64,000 nucleotides of DNA from Octopus sinensis (lineage: Eukaryota), in assembly GCF_006345805.1 (NCBI RefSeq), contig NC_043003.1, forward strand, positions 106,392,001-106,456,000, in the 5' to 3' direction. The position numbers were made by a program, and so were the translations under genes. Shown in pieces: positions 59,380 to 64,000 of the stretch (its first letter is position 1; each line of letters begins with the position of its first letter). The notes beneath the pieces are model-generated. The model saw only the letters and a program-made list of their open reading frames with translations, had not been told where the DNA came from and did no database searches.

Positions 59380-60070
59380 TCAACAGATTTTTATTTATTC
59401 GTTTATTTTATCATTGTAATTATACGTCGAAGGCGAAGAGCCCTGAAAATATAGGTGACACGATTTCATCAGAAATTGTTACCAAGCTTGACTTCCTGGG
59501 GTTGCTCCAATTAAATTGAACCTTAGAAAATGACCCGAATGTTACGATCTCAGTTTATTTGAACAAAGGTCTAAAGAACTAATAACCCTCAGATGGTGTT
59601 CATTTGACACTGAAAAGCCTGTCGACTATCAAACTATCTGTGAGATAAATTATTTTTACGTTTGCTGGAAAAACGATCAAATATTTCTTCAGTAGCTAGG
59701 CAGGGGCCGGGAGATGCTCTGCCCGTAACGATGTTTTTATGGGTCACTTTTGGATCAGCTGTTGTGGTCTTGAAAGGCGTCAAACTCACGGGGCCTTCCG
59801 AGGTGGTACACACTCTACTTCTGCCACTGTATTTCTTCATCGATATTTTGCTATGTAGTTCTTTTTTTATGATTTTAGAAAACTTTATAAGTTATTACAG
59901 ATGGAGGATAACTGGCTGGATTTATTAGTTGGTCGTTAATTTGTGTGGTGGTATAGGCTGTGATGGAGCTATGTGGTGTTGGTGGAGGGAATTGCAGATG
60001 CGGTGGACGGAAGTAAGGCTTGCAGGGGCCGGCGGAAGAGTGACAGGGGCATGCGTGGGCAGGAAGCACG

Positions 60071-60480
60071 GGATCTTTTCGGTTTGAACGGCAGTTTTTA
60101 ACAATTTCTAGGTAACTAAAAAATTTTAAACTTCGTATACTGGTAGAATGTGTTTATAAAACATCTTTTTCTCTTGGCTTTATTGAGAAAATTCTATAGT
60201 TTGTAAGATATTTATTGTTTTTTTTTCTTCAATTTCTGCAATTTCAACCAATCAAATACGTCTATTGAGGTAAAAAACATTCTTTGTCGTATGAATATGT
60301 CCCTCGTTTAAGAAACAGATTGGGTTTATTTACATTTGTGAAGAAAAAAAGATATCCTTCCCCCCACCCCTAACCCTAAAACAGATTGAAATGCAATAGA
60401 TCGATACTAGGGTCATAATTATGGGTGACAATTTCATATAACACCGCTAGAAAAAACTGCCGTTCAAACCAAAAAGATCC
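60071..60480. mobile_element. MITE-like element with ~29-bp terminal inverted repeats
   Basis: GGATCTTTTCGGTTTGAACGGCAGTTTTT ... AAAAAACTGCCGTTCAAACCAAAAAGATCC; no TSD identified. Confidence 0.6.
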
Positions 60481-63326
60481 GAAAGCATGTGTGGTCAATT
60501 CCAGCAAAGAGCACAGAGCGATAAGACATGTTGAATTCGTGACAGAGTGGCCGCTGATTTCGCCGAGGTAAGGCCTCTTGTATTTCTTTCTCCCGTTGCT
60601 TCTCTTTCTGTTGTCCTTTTCCTCCATCACACTACAATTTGAATAATGGAAGAGAAGTGATTGGAGAGGAGCTGAAGAACTGGTGCTAATGAAGAGAGAA
60701 GAAAATGACGACGTATCACTTTACTTCAACTCAGGGACATCTTTATGTAATCCATGAAGACATTTGTTCCTGTTACTCTTACCTGAAATAGTCTAAGACA
60801 TTTGGCAAGTACATAGCCTCATGAAAATGTACAGGTCATTGCTGTAAGCAATGGAGATATAGCATAATTGATAAATGCATAGTTAAGTAATGCAAGTGGG
60901 AGGCGAGGTACTAAATAATGTACGTGAAAATATTCTGATGAATTGAAATTTGTCTCTTTGAGGAACCAAACGAAAACCTAGTGAGAAATTGTTGGCAGCT
61001 CTGAAAGTGAAGGGGAGATAATCTCAAGAACTTGTGAATTCATTTCACAAGACTTGTATTTTGATAACTGCTGACTTTATAATTGTTCTATGTGTATATT
61101 CGTTGATTCTTTTACTGGTTTCAGTCACAGGCTGAGGCCATGCTGGGGCACTACCTTTGTACATTTGATAGATAGATGTCCTGTTGTCTCTGATTCAGTT
61201 TGCCTCTAGTAAAGACCTGTGCTGATGGGGAGGCTGCGAGATGTACAGACACAACAGTTGGAAGCGCAGTGACACAAATCTATAAAAAATGTGGCAGAAA
61301 ACTTGTTTTAACGTTGTTGTCATGTTTACTTGGACAGAAATTACTTCAGTGGAGTTTCTTTAGTCAGAGATGCCATGTTTACAAGAGCACTGCTCATCCA
61401 GTCCTGTCTAGGAAGGTGCTAGAAAAGATGCCCAAAAACTTGCCTGTCTGCTTATGTTGGTTGGTTTATTGCGACCAAAAAGTTGTTCAACAAAAATAGG
61501 CTTAACACAAAATTTTATTGAAAAGATCAAAATTTTAATATTTGCTGTTGGAATATAAGAACCCTTCTAGATCATCCCGAGTATTACATTGTCCTTGTTG
61601 TTAAAGAACTGCAACATCACAAAATAGAATAGCAGCCCTTTCTGAAACCTGGCTTACTGTTGAAGATCCTTTGATAGAAGCTTCCTCTCGCTTCACAATA
61701 TTCTGGGTTAGAAAACCAAATGTATTTGAATAGATGGAGGTGCTAGATTGGCTGTGAAAACCAGTCTATTGCAAGATTTAGAGCAACCATAGAGCATGAA
61801 ATAGAGAATTCTAATGTGTAATTGTCGTCTCTTCTTTCTGCGTGTGAAGAAACTGAGGATAAAATCTTAAATTTCTGAATCTTTCAGAAATATCATTTCT
61901 TCCACACGTACACATGAAAAGCTTATTGTTCTGAGAAAGTTTAATGCTTTTGTTGGTGGACAATCCGAAATTTGGAGTTCACTTGGCTGTCATGATATTG
62001 GTCATGAGAATAGGAATGGCTTGCACTTACTTCAGCTGTGTTCTGAACCTAATTTAAACATTTGTAACACTTTTTAGACATTTGCAAAACCTCTGTAATC
62101 TGCACGTTTAGCACAGCTTGGAATGTGACCATAAACTAATATGGATGAGTTCAGATTTGTAAGAAAATTCTCAGGAATAGGGCAAAACTGGTAATGAGAA
62201 TTGTTGTGGATATATTGGAAATTGTACAAAACAAGCTCAATGATGTCGGTTTTAATGGAACTTGGAAGAATTTCAAGGATTTAGGCATCAGTATCTTGGG
62301 AATCAAAAGAAAGATACACAGAGACTGGCTTGACAATGGTAATGAAATATGCCAGCTGCTGAAGTGGGGGGTGAAACTAATTTCCAAGACTTTATTGGAT
62401 CTCAATACAACAAAGTCCATTGAAAACTCCGAGAAGTCATGAAGCAGTGAGAATTAATCTAAAATACTCGAAAGTCACAGATTTCATCAGATGTATTCAA
62501 CACAAAGAATTCCAAGGCTTTATATGGTCTTCTTAGACAAGTATTTCGACCTCAGTCATTTTCTGAAGTCCATTTACAATCAAAAGACACTCTTTAAAGA
62601 CCAGTTGACATAAAATTCAGGAAAGAACACTTCAAATCTGTTCTTCAGCCCTTCCATGGTTAACATGGAAATAATTACTGGATCTCCACAAAGGGACATG
62701 TTCATACACATGAACAATACCTGAATATAGGGAGATTCTGTTAACAATAGCCTTGGTGGAACTCTTGAAAGAAGGGAACAAACTATGGTATTTGACATTA
62801 CATAAGATGATGCTTGCTAGGAAGGAACATGGATTCCAGAAAATTACATTGATGGTGCAGGGTGTTCATTCATAAAAATAAAGGACCTAAATATGTGACC
62901 ATTTCCATGGTATCACTGTTAGAATCTGTAAAGGGTAAAGTTCTCTTGAGAGTAATTTTAAAGCCTCTTATGCAAGACATTTGTCCTTTAATTTTACCAA
63001 AAACTCAATCTTGCTTCTGAGAGGGTAGATGGACAATGGACAAGGGTTTTCTTGGCCAGTCAACTTCAGGAGAAGCATATTGGACATAAATTATTATTCC
63101 TTCAATATTTAAGAGATGGATGGATGTTTATCATTCATCTTAGGGGCATTTTAATTGAGTTGTAGAGAAAGCTTTTCTTCTGCCTCATCAATTGAATTCC
63201 AAACTTTTTTGTGTTGAAGAGAGATTACTGAATATTTCATCTTTGTTTAGAGAAAGTCAGTTTGACAGAATCCGTCCCTTTCTAGGTTATGTCCTTACAT
63301 TGCAAACTAAGAGAGATTTTACTGAT

Positions 63327-63490
63327 GCATGGCTGTGTGGTTAGGGAGCTTGCTTCCTAGCTACATGGTTTCGGGTTCAGTCCCACTGCGTGGCACTTTG
63401 GGTAGGTGTCTTCCACTATAGCCCTGAGCCGACCGAAGCTTTGTGATTGAATTCGGCAGGCGGAAGTTACTGCCGTGTGTGTATATGTGC
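63327..63490 (+). mobile_element. SINE family A-type head fragment
   Basis: TGGCTGTGTGGTT...GGGTTCAGTCCCACTGCGTGGCAC. Confidence 0.7.
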
Positions 63491-64000
63491 GTGTAGGTGC
63501 TTGTGCCTCTCTGAAAGAGAGAGAGAGGATATGGAATACGAAGGGGAAACTGCAAGGGAACAAAAATGCTGCCAATTCCAGTGGGAAGAGGAAAAAAAAA
63601 AGAAGACTGTGGCTGAATTAAATCAACATAGTACCTGATGTCTTCATAAATTCTAATGCTGTCTTTGAGCCGTTGCCATTCTTCTAGATTTATTTAGTGG
63701 TCGAGTGAGTGCTATTAGCTGAATAATTGAATCAGAGGGAAATGAGAGTAACAGATCAGAAAACTTACACAAATTGGGAATCAAATGAGGAAATATTATT
63801 TAGTGACTAACTGAAAAAAAGCATCGTGGGATGAAGTTTCTGCTAGTTTAATTTAATGAATTCAAAACATCTAGACCCAATGTCATGTCTATGCAAATAT
63901 TAACCAATTATGTGCTAGAATGGTATTTCTGGTGATATATTTTATGGAGTATCAATCTCATACTCCCAGCCTCTCTCAAAGTGGGGGAACTTTACATCAC

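Noticed and set aside
59634-60069. Short ORFs downstream of the stop codon as a second gene
   Set aside because: No splice-consistent continuation or recognisable domain.
61500-63300. Possible ancient LINE reverse transcriptase remnant
   Set aside because: Only vague motif echoes; no diagnostic RT motif could be read with confidence without a profile search.

Overview
Eukaryotic, AT-rich, repeat-dense genomic DNA. The SINE families look like those I associate with Octopus/coleoid cephalopods (inference, not a database result). The window holds the 3' part of one plus-strand gene that the ORF track misses. It has 14 coding exons from 1101 to the stop at 59315, all with GT-AG junctions, encoding about 878 aa made of eight tandem non-canonical EF-hand-pair modules; the 5' exons lie upstream of the window. 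Phases are consistent throughout except for a 1-nt deficit in an A5 run in exon 7. The introns are filled with mobile DNA: at least four tRNA-type SINE families, non-autonomous Helitrons (A|TC...hairpin-CTAG|T), mariner relics, RTE and R4/Dong LINE fragments, a zinc-knuckle ORF1-only retroelement, and a complete but decayed Chapaev3-type transposon with TTA target duplication. The most notable unexplained structures are a tRNA-headed short element whose tail carries a minimal hammerhead-ribozyme fold and which occurs as head-to-head pairs, a 126-bp-arm foldback containing a let-7-like 5' decamer, a perfect 62-bp inverted duplication around old sequence, and a Penelope-like inverted/direct repeat knot. 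No prokaryotic features, CRISPR arrays, rRNA or convincing tRNA genes were seen.
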